A DNA stretch of 64,000 nt from positions 220,120 to 284,119 of the IMG/VR virus record IMGVR_UViG_3300028886_000034, one strand, 5' to 3'. The position numbers were made by a program, and so were the translations under genes. This document shows positions 27,971 through 36,936 of this stretch, in pieces. The first letter of the stretch is position 1. Each line of letters starts with the position of its first letter. The notes beneath the pieces were generated by a model. That model was given only the letters and a program-made list of their open reading frames with translations, made no database searches and was not told the DNA's origin. This DNA comes from a virus (lineage: Duplodnaviria; Heunggongvirae; Uroviricota; Caudoviricetes).

Positions 27971-29905
27971 ATACTTTTAATTAAAGAAGTAGAATCGTCT
28001 GATTTAGAGCCTCTAGCTAAAGCATATTGTGATGCTTTTTTAAAATATCAACCAGATAATGTTAGTACTGAAGATAGTATAAATCAAATGAAAGATTATT
28101 TTTTAAATACATTACAAAAAGTTTTAAAGGATCATCCTTCAGTACAAGAATGCTTATTTGATAATGAAACTAATGACTATATTGCATATTTCTCTGCATA
28201 TGAAACTGATGATTCAGATACTGGAGATAAATATGTTCATATACCAGAAATATTTGTAAATCCACATTTTCAAAAACTAGGGCATGGTAAAAAGATTATG
28301 GAAGATGGATTATTACTGTGCCAAGCTAGATTTGAGAATAGTGAATGGGTTGATTTGAATACTCAACCATATAATAAGCCAGCTATTGCTTTATATACTA
28401 AGTTAGGATTTAGAATCATGTTTATTATTGGACCAACTGATTATTGGTATTCTAGAGGTCCTGAAGGTGGTAAAAAGTATTCTATTATTAGAATGGCAAA
28501 ACCTCTTCATGATGAATTTGCATTTAGGCAGTATCCTAATTTTGACCCAACCAAAGATGAAAAAACAGTTATAGAAAATTATCATACTAAAGATAGTAAA
28601 TATACTACAACTAGATACACTAAACAATTAAATGAAAACATTCAAATATTAGAAACAGCTACTTATCCAGTTAAGTATTATGCAAAATATACAAAAGATT
28701 TATATGGTGAAATGATAAGATTCCAATATGGTGTCTATGAAGATGATATGTCTTTAAGTAAAAAAGAAGTTAACAGAAGAGCTAAAAGAGATGCATCTAC
28801 TCTATTATCAGCACAGGAGAAATTACCTGATTTTACTGTATGGTGTGGAGTTACTGATGTTTCAATAGCAGGATATATTGTAGTAGCTAAATTAAATGGA
28901 GTATGGACTTTTACTATGGATCACTATTATGATACAGATGGAAAGGTGTTAGAAAAATTAGTTAAAAAAGCTATTACATTAACTAAATTACCTCAATTAA
29001 AAGGACAAGAAGATTTTATATTAGAATCTATGATGAAGGTAGATGCCTTAAGAGGCACTAGTAAGACTAAATATAGATCTGTATTTAAAATTAATGATGA
29101 GTTCCTTAATAGTTTAAAGGAGCAACCACCCGAAGAAGAACAACCTGAAGAACCTGAGCAGCCAACTGAAGAGATTCCTCAGGAAGAAGAACCTCAGAAA
29201 GGAGAAGTTCAACCTAATGTCCAACCTCAGCAACCAGAACAACCAGAATATCAAACACCACTTCCAGCTTCAGCTCCGCAGGAGCCAGAATTGGCTAACT
29301 TTGAAAAATACTTGGATGACAAAGCAAAGGCAAAAGAAAAATCCAACTCACAATTAACTAAGGATATAAATAAAACAGTTAATAGGATATCTAAATCTAA
29401 AGCACCTGAAGAAGAGATTCCTCAAGAACAACCTGAGGAACAACCTCCAGTTCAATTACAGGAGCCCCCTTCTGATACTGAGATTACTCCTGAAGAACCC
29501 TCTACTCCAGAAACACCCGAACCAGAAGAAGATAATCTTGATGATTTTGGTGAATTTCCAAAGAGTATGTTTGAAGAGCCACCTAAGAAAGAACCTGTAG
29601 ATTTACCTCCACAGCAGAAAGTGGTTCAACCAGTTCAGAGAGATATTTCTAAAGAAGTTATTAAAGATTTACCTAAAGATAGAAAAATCAGTCCTATTAA
29701 GATTATAGATATTGATAAGATAACTAATCCAGTTATTCCTGATGTTGATCCTCCTGAAGTTGTTAAGAGAGATAATAGGGATACTGCTAAACAAATTATG
29801 AATCCTACTATTAAGAAACCAAGTAAAAAACAAGTCAATAAAACTATAGCTAATAATATAATGAATCCAGATTTGAATGGAGATAATAACCCAAATGAAC
29901 AATAA
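27971..29905 (+). CDS. GNAT acetyltransferase domain protein with long Pro/Glu/Gln-rich C-terminus; probable AUA start
   Basis: IFVNPHFQKLGHGKKIM (acetyl-CoA motif A) and NKPAIALYTKLGF (motif B); in-frame ATA 27971 lies 9 nt after GGAGG and restores the typical GNAT N-terminus IKEVESSDLEPLAKAY. Confidence 0.8.
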   Translation: MLLIKEVESSDLEPLAKAYCDAFLKYQPDNVSTEDSINQMKDYFLNTLQKVLKDHPSVQECLFDNETNDYIAYFSAYETDDSDTGDKYVHIPEIFVNPHFQKLGHGKKIMEDGLLLCQARFENSEWVDLNTQPYNKPAIALYTKLGFRIMFIIGPTDYWYSRGPEGGKKYSIIRMAKPLHDEFAFRQYPNFDPTKDEKTVIENYHTKDSKYTTTRYTKQLNENIQILETATYPVKYYAKYTKDLYGEMIRFQYGVYEDDMSLSKKEVNRRAKRDASTLLSAQEKLPDFTVWCGVTDVSIAGYIVVAKLNGVWTFTMDHYYDTDGKVLEKLVKKAITLTKLPQLKGQEDFILESMMKVDALRGTSKTKYRSVFKINDEFLNSLKEQPPEEEQPEEPEQPTEEIPQEEEPQKGEVQPNVQPQQPEQPEYQTPLPASAPQEPELANFEKYLDDKAKAKEKSNSQLTKDINKTVNRISKSKAPEEEIPQEQPEEQPPVQLQEPPSDTEITPEEPSTPETPEPEEDNLDDFGEFPKSMFEEPPKKEPVDLPPQQKVVQPVQRDISKEVIKDLPKDRKISPIKIIDIDKITNPVIPDVDPPEVVKRDNRDTAKQIMNPTIKKPSKKQVNKTIANNIMNPDLNGDNNPNEQ

Positions 29906-30692
29906 ATATAAACCAAGATATTATTGGTGGGAATTTATTGAAAATGATTTGCCACCTCAGCCTCAGCCCCAGGCAGAAGTTCCTAATATAGCTGACCCAA
30001 ATATGAAAGCTACATTAAATGAACCTGAAGAACAACATAGAGATGAGATACAAATCATTACTTCTATTCCACCTGAAATGAAAGAATCTTTACAAAAGTT
30101 TTTTAATAAAACTCATACTCATCCTAATCAGTATTATCCAGAAGATAAGTCAGATAATCAGGCTATTATGAGATATTTAGGAACCGATAATAAAAATTAT
30201 AGCTTTAGAGTAGCAGCTGTTAAGGGTAACGAAATATTAGCTTTAATTGATGGTATTCCCTTACCTATTAATAATGGACAGTTATTAGCAGTTGCTTCTT
30301 ATACTTATGGAGAACCTACTGACGATAAAGATATTAATCAGAAGATGATTCAAACTGCTGTTGAAACTGCTATGCAAAATCCTAATCCTCAAATACAATG
30401 GATGGTATTTAATGATTTATCTAAGCATGATGATAAGTCTTGGATAAATGCTTTGGAAGAGTTTGGCTTTATTCAGCCATATAGATTTATTAATCCAGCT
30501 TTTAAAGATACAGTAGTTTTAGTTCATGCAATTAGACCTAATGTACCGAATCAATATCCTATTACTGCTGAACAGGATGTTAGAAATGCTGGAGAAAATA
30601 TGCCTGAGAATCAAGGTAAACAGGAATTATTAACTCCTACAGTTACTCCTGAACCTATGGCAGAGATTTGGTATAAAATGCAATGGCACTAG
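29895..30692 (+). CDS. hypothetical protein, possible degenerate GNAT fold
   Basis: Coupled to the upstream gene; KMIQTAVETA...INALEEFGF resembles a GNAT C-terminus. Confidence 0.6.
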   Translation: MNNKYKPRYYWWEFIENDLPPQPQPQAEVPNIADPNMKATLNEPEEQHRDEIQIITSIPPEMKESLQKFFNKTHTHPNQYYPEDKSDNQAIMRYLGTDNKNYSFRVAAVKGNEILALIDGIPLPINNGQLLAVASYTYGEPTDDKDINQKMIQTAVETAMQNPNPQIQWMVFNDLSKHDDKSWINALEEFGFIQPYRFINPAFKDTVVLVHAIRPNVPNQYPITAEQDVRNAGENMPENQGKQELLTPTVTPEPMAEIWYKMQWH

Positions 30693-31378
30693 ATTTAAGT
30701 AAATGCTATAGAGCTAAAGTAATTGACTCTAACTATAAACATGGTGGAGCAGGAGTAGCACCTGGTTCAGTTAAAGTGAATGTTGAGGATTGGAATGCTG
30801 ATTCGGGTAAGCCAGCTGAAATTTGGGCTTACCCTTTAAATGCTTTTTTCGTAGGATCAGATACAGGAAAAGTTAAAAATTCTGGGCAGTGTATTATACC
30901 ACCAATTGGTTCTGATGTTTGGGTAGCTTGGGAAGACCCTGTAGAAGGAACAGATAATGGTGGTATTGCATGGTACTTTGGTTCTGGTGGATTCAATAAT
31001 AGATATACTATACCTAATGAAAACAGAACTAGTGGCAGTCCAAATGAAATTTATACTCTATTACAGACTCCTAGAGGAAGAACTATTTTAATGTCAGATG
31101 AAAATGGCTCCTCTAAAATAGTTATTAAAGGTAGAGGAACTGCTACAGGACCTTTAGTTGAAGGTAATAATATGGCATTAATTTTAGATGAAAGTAATCA
31201 TAATATAATTACTTTACAATCTGGAAATGGAAAGCAGAGCATAGTTATTAATAAAGATTCAAATACTACAACTATTACTCAAGGTAATAGTAAAATTACT
31301 ATGGATAATAGCAATATAAATATTGAAACTTCTGGAACTATAAATTTAAAAGCTGGAAGAATCAATTTAAATAGCTAA
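30683..31378 (+). CDS. baseplate central spike (gp5/gpV/VgrG OB-fold plus beta-helix)
   Basis: YRAKVID..GSVKV...WAYP...PPIGSDVWVAWE..WYFGS and C-terminal INIETSGTINLKAGRINLN. Confidence 0.8.
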   Translation: MALDLSKCYRAKVIDSNYKHGGAGVAPGSVKVNVEDWNADSGKPAEIWAYPLNAFFVGSDTGKVKNSGQCIIPPIGSDVWVAWEDPVEGTDNGGIAWYFGSGGFNNRYTIPNENRTSGSPNEIYTLLQTPRGRTILMSDENGSSKIVIKGRGTATGPLVEGNNMALILDESNHNIITLQSGNGKQSIVINKDSNTTTITQGNSKITMDNSNINIETSGTINLKAGRINLNS

Positions 31379-31394
31379 AAGAAGGTGATATCCA

Positions 31395-32276
31395 ATGTAC
31401 TCTGGAAAAAGAGTTACCTCACCAGTTCCATATCCTTCAACAGCTATAAGTTCTTTTTTAGGTGAAGTTAAGAATCTATTACAAACCAAAGTATATAATA
31501 AATTTAAGCATGTATTTATAGGCTCTTATAATAAAGCAGTTCAATATTTAGAACAACTTAATACAGACCCTACTATTGTTTCTGAAGGTGGAATGTACAA
31601 TAAAAAACCATTCCTAGTATTTACACCTACTTTAGAGCAGCCAGTAGACCATACTAATTGGTTATGGAATTATACGAATATGCATCCATATATGGCATAT
31701 TGGAATAGGCCTCCAATTCTGTTCGAAGATGGAACTTTATTGGCTTTAACTACCAGAAGGATGCAGGGTAATATTGACTTAAAAATATTTACAGATTCTT
31801 TACCTGAAGCTCATGATATTCAGATGTCTTTCTTTAATTTTTTCAGAGGACTAAATAGTGTTGTCCCTATGAATATGATAACATTAAACTTTGTTTTATC
31901 TGATAAAATTAAGATGCTTACTGATAATAATGAGGAAATAGTTTTAGATTTAAATCATAGTAATATTAGTCATAAGTTAATAAAGAATACTGGAAGGCAT
32001 GAATATGTAATGCCTATTGCAACTACTCCTACTTTAAGATTAACTGCTTTATCAGATTCTTCTTCATTCTATGGTGGTACTGATCTAGCTGAATTTGCTT
32101 TATCTGGTTCTTTACAATATGAGCTGGAGATTCCAGCTAATATTAATCTACATACTAATATGCAAGTTATTAATATTTTAGCTAATGTAACTACTACGGT
32201 AGGTAGTGTAGATTCTTCTACTTCAGTAGGACCAGATACTGTAGTTGATGAAGAAGAGCCAAAAGAAAATCCTTAA
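31395..32276 (+). CDS. probable tail/baseplate structural protein
   Basis: 293 aa, follows the spike gene; function inferred from position only. Confidence 0.6.
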   Translation: MYSGKRVTSPVPYPSTAISSFLGEVKNLLQTKVYNKFKHVFIGSYNKAVQYLEQLNTDPTIVSEGGMYNKKPFLVFTPTLEQPVDHTNWLWNYTNMHPYMAYWNRPPILFEDGTLLALTTRRMQGNIDLKIFTDSLPEAHDIQMSFFNFFRGLNSVVPMNMITLNFVLSDKIKMLTDNNEEIVLDLNHSNISHKLIKNTGRHEYVMPIATTPTLRLTALSDSSSFYGGTDLAEFALSGSLQYELEIPANINLHTNMQVINILANVTTTVGSVDSSTSVGPDTVVDEEEPKENP

Positions 32277-32285
32277 GACTAAACT

Positions 32286-32330
32286 AAAAGAAAACCCCTA
32301 CAGCTTCACAGCGTATGGGTTTTCTTTTTT
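32286..32330. terminator. bidirectional terminator
   Basis: AAAAGAAAACCC ... GGGTTTTCTTTTTT between convergent genes. Confidence 0.75.
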
Positions 32331-32335
32331 GTTAA

Positions 32336-32746
32336 CTACTTCTCTCCCCATTTGTGGCACGAGTGGTGCCAGAGGAAATGCGTCGTTTCAAGCGCCTTGA
32401 AAACGATCTTATTCCCATGAACAACATAATTGGGATTAAATTCGTCATCAACAGCGTTATCGACCTTCACGTAAGCAACAGCATATTCGCCGCTATCGAT
32501 GTGCGTGAGTTTGATGCTTTCGTTTCCGTTCGAATCATAAGAGTGAGAAAATCTCAAACCAAGGACTTCAAATGAAAACCCTTTGTTAACCTTGATTTGA
32601 ATTTCCGCTCTTGCTTCGCCATTAACGATAACAAAATACATGCTCTCAATCATCCCAAACACCTCCTTAAAGATGCCTCTCTGCACAGAGGGGGATGATT
32701 CCGCTGATTCAATGTTGTATTTAGTTAGAAGGTATGCAGCCTTCAT
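32336..32746 (-). CDS. hypothetical protein, GC-richer than flanks
   Basis: Open frame; start placed at MKAAYLL because the upstream part overlaps a terminator and the promoter motif. Confidence 0.55.
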   Translation of the reverse strand: MKAAYLLTKYNIESAESSPSVQRGIFKEVFGMIESMYFVIVNGEARAEIQIKVNKGFSFEVLGLRFSHSYDSNGNESIKLTHIDSGEYAVAYVKVDNAVDDEFNPNYVVHGNKIVFKALETTHFLWHHSCHKWGEK

Positions 32747-32767
32747 AACCACATTGAATCGCTGGCA

Positions 32768-32780
32768 ATATATATACAAA
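32768..32780 (-). promoter_or_regulatory. candidate phage promoter motif TTTGTATATATAT
   Basis: Copy of the recurrent motif. Confidence 0.5.
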
Positions 32781-32800
32781 TAAAATTTAACATTAAAATA

Positions 32801-32840
32801 AAAGAAGAGACCCCCTAACAAAGGGAGCCTCTTCTTTTTT
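32801..32840 (-). terminator. intrinsic terminator
   Basis: AAGAAGAGGCTCCCT / AGGGGGTCTCTTCTT hairpin followed by T-rich tail on the minus strand. Confidence 0.7.
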
Positions 32841-33689
32841 TTAGCTTAATTCAATACATTTATCATACTCATCAAAGACTTTTCTTTTATCTTCTTCTAC
32901 CATTTTATCCCAAGCTTCTGACAATACTTCATAATAGTATTCTTCCGCATCTTCTTGATGGTCATTAATACCTGCAATTATTAAGCTACCAAGATCTTCA
33001 TTGCTAATAATATTAGGGTCTATATTATTAAGTAGTTTCTCTTTAAGATCTTTTTTAGCTTTAAATCTTAATCCAAAACTATCTACATTAAAACTACTAT
33101 AAGTACAAACTAATTTAAGACCATCTTCAGCATACTTATCAATAATAGCTTCTTCAAGATATTTACCTAATTTAAAATTAGATTTAATAATAGCTATTCC
33201 ATCTTTATAGAATAAGAAATTATCTACATATTCTTTAGCAATATGCTGATGTTCAATAACAAATGCTTTACCTAAAGCTATTTCAGATTTAGTTAAAGTT
33301 AAAGAATCAGTTATAATAAATCTATTAACAAAGTTATCATGACCAACTGCTTCATAGAAATTTACAACTGGTTCAAGCTCTTCATTATATTGAAGAAGTT
33401 TATCTGAAAGAATTGCATACTTCATAATAGCTTTATCTACATTTAAATAAGTAGCTAATTGATTAGTAGCACTTAAAGTAGAAGATCTATTAAAGATAGT
33501 TACATTATCCCAATCTTCTCCTAAATTAATTACAATATTAGGATTAAGATATTCTATAGCTTCAGAAGCTTTAGTTCTACTTATAGTTATAAAATTAGTA
33601 GTACTAGTGTGATGATAGTAGAGAATTTGGGATAGAGCTGAGTCTATCCCATAACTAGTTATTAACAAATTATTTTTTAATATTGGCAT
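32841..33689 (-). CDS. hypothetical protein, possibly a degenerate DHH-family fold
   Basis: LLITSYGIDSALS and LSATNQLATYL align loosely to the DHH protein at 573; catalytic motifs absent. Confidence 0.5.
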   Translation of the reverse strand: MPILKNNLLITSYGIDSALSQILYYHHTSTTNFITISRTKASEAIEYLNPNIVINLGEDWDNVTIFNRSSTLSATNQLATYLNVDKAIMKYAILSDKLLQYNEELEPVVNFYEAVGHDNFVNRFIITDSLTLTKSEIALGKAFVIEHQHIAKEYVDNFLFYKDGIAIIKSNFKLGKYLEEAIIDKYAEDGLKLVCTYSSFNVDSFGLRFKAKKDLKEKLLNNIDPNIISNEDLGSLIIAGINDHQEDAEEYYYEVLSEAWDKMVEEDKRKVFDEYDKCIELS

Positions 33690-34395
33690 AATAGTTAATC
33701 AGATCTCTAATCTTTTTACCCATACTTTCTACAGTCATTCCAGTAGTATCCACAATAACTGTATGCTCACTATTAGAATATCTATCTACAAATTCTTTAT
33801 TGGTATAAAGTGCATTAACTTTATTTTGGAAGACCTGATTTTTATCCACAATATCATTGACTTCTCTATTATTTCTCTTAAGTACTTCTTCAGTATTTGC
33901 TACAAACACAATTGTAAGTTTAGCTCTAGGAAGTTCATAGAAATTATCTCCAACTTCATATCTAAGTTCTTTAAGATAATCATAGCTAAAGAACTCTGGA
34001 GTACCCTCATATTTATTTTCAATTTCTTCAATAAGCATATCTACCATAGCTTTAGCATAAACTGCCTGAGAGAGACAATATCTATCATACAAGCAAATTT
34101 CTCCCGAAGTAGCATTATGCTCAAGAGCTTTTCTAGTAAGCATTTTATCTGTATAATGAAGGAAGTCAATATTCTTTACTGCAACTGCTCTTCCAATAAA
34201 ACTACTAGACTTAAAGAAGATATTTGTATTAAGCTGAATAGCATTCTTAATATACTCAGAATCTTCAAAGAAAGGACCTTCATAACTAAATGCTGGATAC
34301 TTCTGGCCAAAAGAATACAACTTCAAAAAGCCATTAGTATAATTAATAGCTGAAGTCTTGCCAACACCATCCATACCTTCAATAGCAATAATCAT
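33670..34395 (-). CDS. tmk: thymidylate (dNMP) kinase
   Basis: IIAIEGMDGVGKTS P-loop, YDRYCLSQAVY, LPRAKLTIVF. Confidence 0.85.
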   Translation of the reverse strand: MIIAIEGMDGVGKTSAINYTNGFLKLYSFGQKYPAFSYEGPFFEDSEYIKNAIQLNTNIFFKSSSFIGRAVAVKNIDFLHYTDKMLTRKALEHNATSGEICLYDRYCLSQAVYAKAMVDMLIEEIENKYEGTPEFFSYDYLKELRYEVGDNFYELPRAKLTIVFVANTEEVLKRNNREVNDIVDKNQVFQNKVNALYTNKEFVDRYSNSEHTVIVDTTGMTVESMGKKIRDLINYYANIKK

Positions 34396-34397
34396 GA

Positions 34398-34592
34398 TTA
34401 AATCTCCTCCTCATTAAGGTTATAATAATCGTAAATGCTAACTCCAGTACCTTTAGATTCTTCTTTTAAAATTTTGTTATATTCTTCTCTTTCTTCAGGG
34501 CTAAAATCCTTCATATCGAGAGGAACAATTTCTTTAGGTCTGTAAACAATCCTACACTTCTTTACTTGGTTCTTCTGTTCCTGCTGAGTCAT
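34398..34592 (-). CDS. small hypothetical protein
   Basis: GGAGG upstream of MTQQEQK; overlaps the dUTPase 3' end. Confidence 0.6.
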   Translation of the reverse strand: MTQQEQKNQVKKCRIVYRPKEIVPLDMKDFSPEEREEYNKILKEESKGTGVSIYDYYNLNEEEI

Positions 34593-35274
34593 TAGTAGTT
34601 TCCTCCTTTTTAGATTCAACCCCAGTAGACCCAAATCCACCTTCTCCTCGTTCAGTTACCTTATCCACTTCTCCTTCAATAACTCTAACAGAAATAACTG
34701 GAGCAATTACCAACTGAGCAATTCTATCACCCTTTTTAACAGTAAAATCCCGATCACTATGATTCATAAGAATAACCCCAACTTCTCCCCTATATCCACT
34801 ATCAATAGTACCTGGGGTATTAAGAACGGTAATACCATGTTTAAGAGCAAGCCCAGATCTAGGTCTAACCTGCATTTCAAAACCTTCTGGAACTGCTACC
34901 TTAATACCTGTATGAACAAGTTTCCAATCATTAGGTCTAATGCAAACCATTTCACTGGCACAAACATCCATACCAGCATCCCCCGGATGTGCATACTTAG
35001 GAAGGTCAACTTCTTTATTAATCTTTTCTACAGTAAGAATAGGCTCTTCCAAAGGATTACCACCACCAAAGAGACTGCCAAATAGTTCACTAAAATCCGG
35101 CATTTCACCATTATCAAACATTTTATCAAACTCTTCATTAGCTTCATCATTAATCTGGTCAATGTCGTCTTCTGTGATTTTATCCTGTGAATTAGCATCA
35201 ACAGTTTCCTTAATCACTTCTTCAGCATCATTCATCTCTTCTTCAGTTACTTGGTTCTTGTTCAATTCATCCAT
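34552..35274 (-). CDS. dut: trimeric dUTPase with acidic N-terminal extension
   Basis: All five motifs: AGMDV, RPRSGLA, GTIDSGYRGE, DRIAQL, RGEGGFGSTG; GGAGG before ATG 35274. Confidence 0.95.
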   Translation of the reverse strand: MDELNKNQVTEEEMNDAEEVIKETVDANSQDKITEDDIDQINDEANEEFDKMFDNGEMPDFSELFGSLFGGGNPLEEPILTVEKINKEVDLPKYAHPGDAGMDVCASEMVCIRPNDWKLVHTGIKVAVPEGFEMQVRPRSGLALKHGITVLNTPGTIDSGYRGEVGVILMNHSDRDFTVKKGDRIAQLVIAPVISVRVIEGEVDKVTERGEGGFGSTGVESKKEETTNDSAGTEEPSKEV

Positions 35275-35390
35275 ATAGTAATTCCTCCAATAAAAATATG
35301 ATAGATCACACAAAAAACAATACTTACTATCAAGTGTGATCAAGGATGTGCCCTGCACCCCCCGAGGGGGATCGAGCAGTTTCTATATGA

Positions 35391-35419
35391 ATTATATAGA
35401 AAACTCATCCTTGTGTCAA
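35391..35419 (-). promoter_or_regulatory. consensus sigma70/SigA promoter for the dut-tmk operon
   Basis: TTGACA-17 nt-TATAAT. Confidence 0.8.
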
Positions 35420-35430
35420 CACCTAATTTC

Positions 35431-35620
35431 AGTATTGTTTACTTATTTAACTTACAGACAGACTGACATACAGACTGACAATATTAAACATACAATTTGC
35501 TTTGATTTTTTGTTTACTTACATACTGACAGACTGACTGACCGACTGACTGATGTTGCTGTGTTACTTTGTTGCTAATGGTGCTGATGTTACAAATGTTA
35601 CAAATGTTACGGATGTTACT
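35431..35620. repeat. short-repeat region (GACTGAC clusters, 4 x ATGTTAC at 9-nt period, 2 x TGTTTACTTA)
   Basis: Read directly from the sequence. Confidence 0.75.
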
Positions 35621-35678
35621 AATTGGATTTTGATAGATTTTCATATAGATTACCTCCATGGTGTTGCATTAAGTGGTT

Positions 35679-36317
35679 TTAGATTTGTTTAAGATAGACT
35701 CGTCTGCTTAGTTTAGTTCTGCATGGTGCGAAGATTACCGTGCCTCGTGATTTGTAGTGTTTCGTGGTAAATCTGTATCCTATTCCATAATGCCATCCAA
35801 ACCCACCAATTGCTTTACCTAAAAAGTATAATTCTGCTTTTTCAGCAAATTCTTTAAACCATTTTTCTCTGAAATCTCTGTGCTTCATATCCGTAGGAAT
35901 CTTTTCAACCATTGAAGACATTGGGCCTATATGCTTATCATACCAATAATCGCTACTGGAAATATCCTCACCATAAACCCCAATATTATATCTATCACAC
36001 AAATTAAACCAAAGATCATTGTGACCATCGTCTTCATTAACTACATCACAATCTCTGTCAGAATACATATTTAGTACTTCGTATATAGCTTGTGGGGTTG
36101 AACCTCTAGTATATCCAAAATGGTTTACATATAATGTTTTCTTCTCAACATTAAATTTAACAATAGATGAACCGTGATACATGTAATGATGTTCAATATC
36201 ACCATCATCATTTACATAAACACCTACACTATGATTTTTATCAATTTGATTAAATGAATTTATACATTGACCTTGTTCAAACCAGTCATATGACTTATTA
36301 CACCAAGTTCTAGACAT
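35679..36317 (-). CDS. hypothetical protein
   Basis: 212 aa, AAAGGAG SD. Confidence 0.75.
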   Translation of the reverse strand: MSRTWCNKSYDWFEQGQCINSFNQIDKNHSVGVYVNDDGDIEHHYMYHGSSIVKFNVEKKTLYVNHFGYTRGSTPQAIYEVLNMYSDRDCDVVNEDDGHNDLWFNLCDRYNIGVYGEDISSSDYWYDKHIGPMSSMVEKIPTDMKHRDFREKWFKEFAEKAELYFLGKAIGGFGWHYGIGYRFTTKHYKSRGTVIFAPCRTKLSRRVYLKQI

Positions 36318-36334
36318 CCTTACAATACTCCTTT

Positions 36335-36607
36335 CTAAAGTATTTTTATTTCAAGTGTAAGATACCTCGCTCTATGCACTTGAATATGAAACTTACCTAA
36401 CTCATATTCAATTTTATGACCTAAATATAATGGCGTTTTATTAAACTTAAAATTACAATTAGAATATAGCTGCCTCATTTGTGGTAAAATTGCACGACTA
36501 TTTAAGCCAAAACATTCATATATTTCCTTATCTGTAATACGGTCTACAACAGTAGCTTCATTAAAATACACGCGCTTAGCACTATAAATATTTAGATAAC
36601 GATTCAC
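36335..36607 (-). CDS. small hypothetical protein
   Basis: GTG start with AAGGTGA SD; ends LEIKIL. Confidence 0.65.
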   Translation of the reverse strand: MNRYLNIYSAKRVYFNEATVVDRITDKEIYECFGLNSRAILPQMRQLYSNCNFKFNKTPLYLGHKIEYELGKFHIQVHRARYLTLEIKIL

Positions 36608-36658
36608 ATAAAATCACCTTCTTTAACATAGCCAAGGACCTAAACTAATATTAAATAA

Positions 36659-36671
36659 ATATACTTACAAA
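36659..36671 (-). promoter_or_regulatory. candidate phage promoter motif TTTGTAAGTATAT
   Basis: Copy of the recurrent motif. Confidence 0.5.
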
Positions 36672-36678
36672 GATTGAG

Positions 36679-36936
36679 TTAAATGATATTAATTAGTGAT
36701 ATTTTTTTCACAGCTTGTTTATTTACTGTAACTATTGATATACCAACAGACGAGTATCCCAATCTAACATCAAATAAATGATAGTTCAACTTTGGGTCAT
36801 ACTCGTGAATCAGGTTTCTACCATCAGAAACTTGTGCATGACTCAGATAAGACTCATAAATTCTTAGACGTTCCTCAGATTTAATATAATTATTAGAAAG
36901 ATATGGATAAGTTTCTATACTAGCAAGTTGAATCAT
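36679..36936 (-). CDS. small hypothetical protein
   Basis: 85 aa, abuts the upstream stop; ends LINII. Confidence 0.65.
   Translation of the reverse strand: MIQLASIETYPYLSNNYIKSEERLRIYESYLSHAQVSDGRNLIHEYDPKLNYHLFDVRLGYSSVGISIVTVNKQAVKKISLINII

Noticed and set aside
35431-35620. CRISPR array
   Set aside because: Units are 4-10 nt with no constant 25-45 nt repeat separated by unique spacers; no cas genes in the window.
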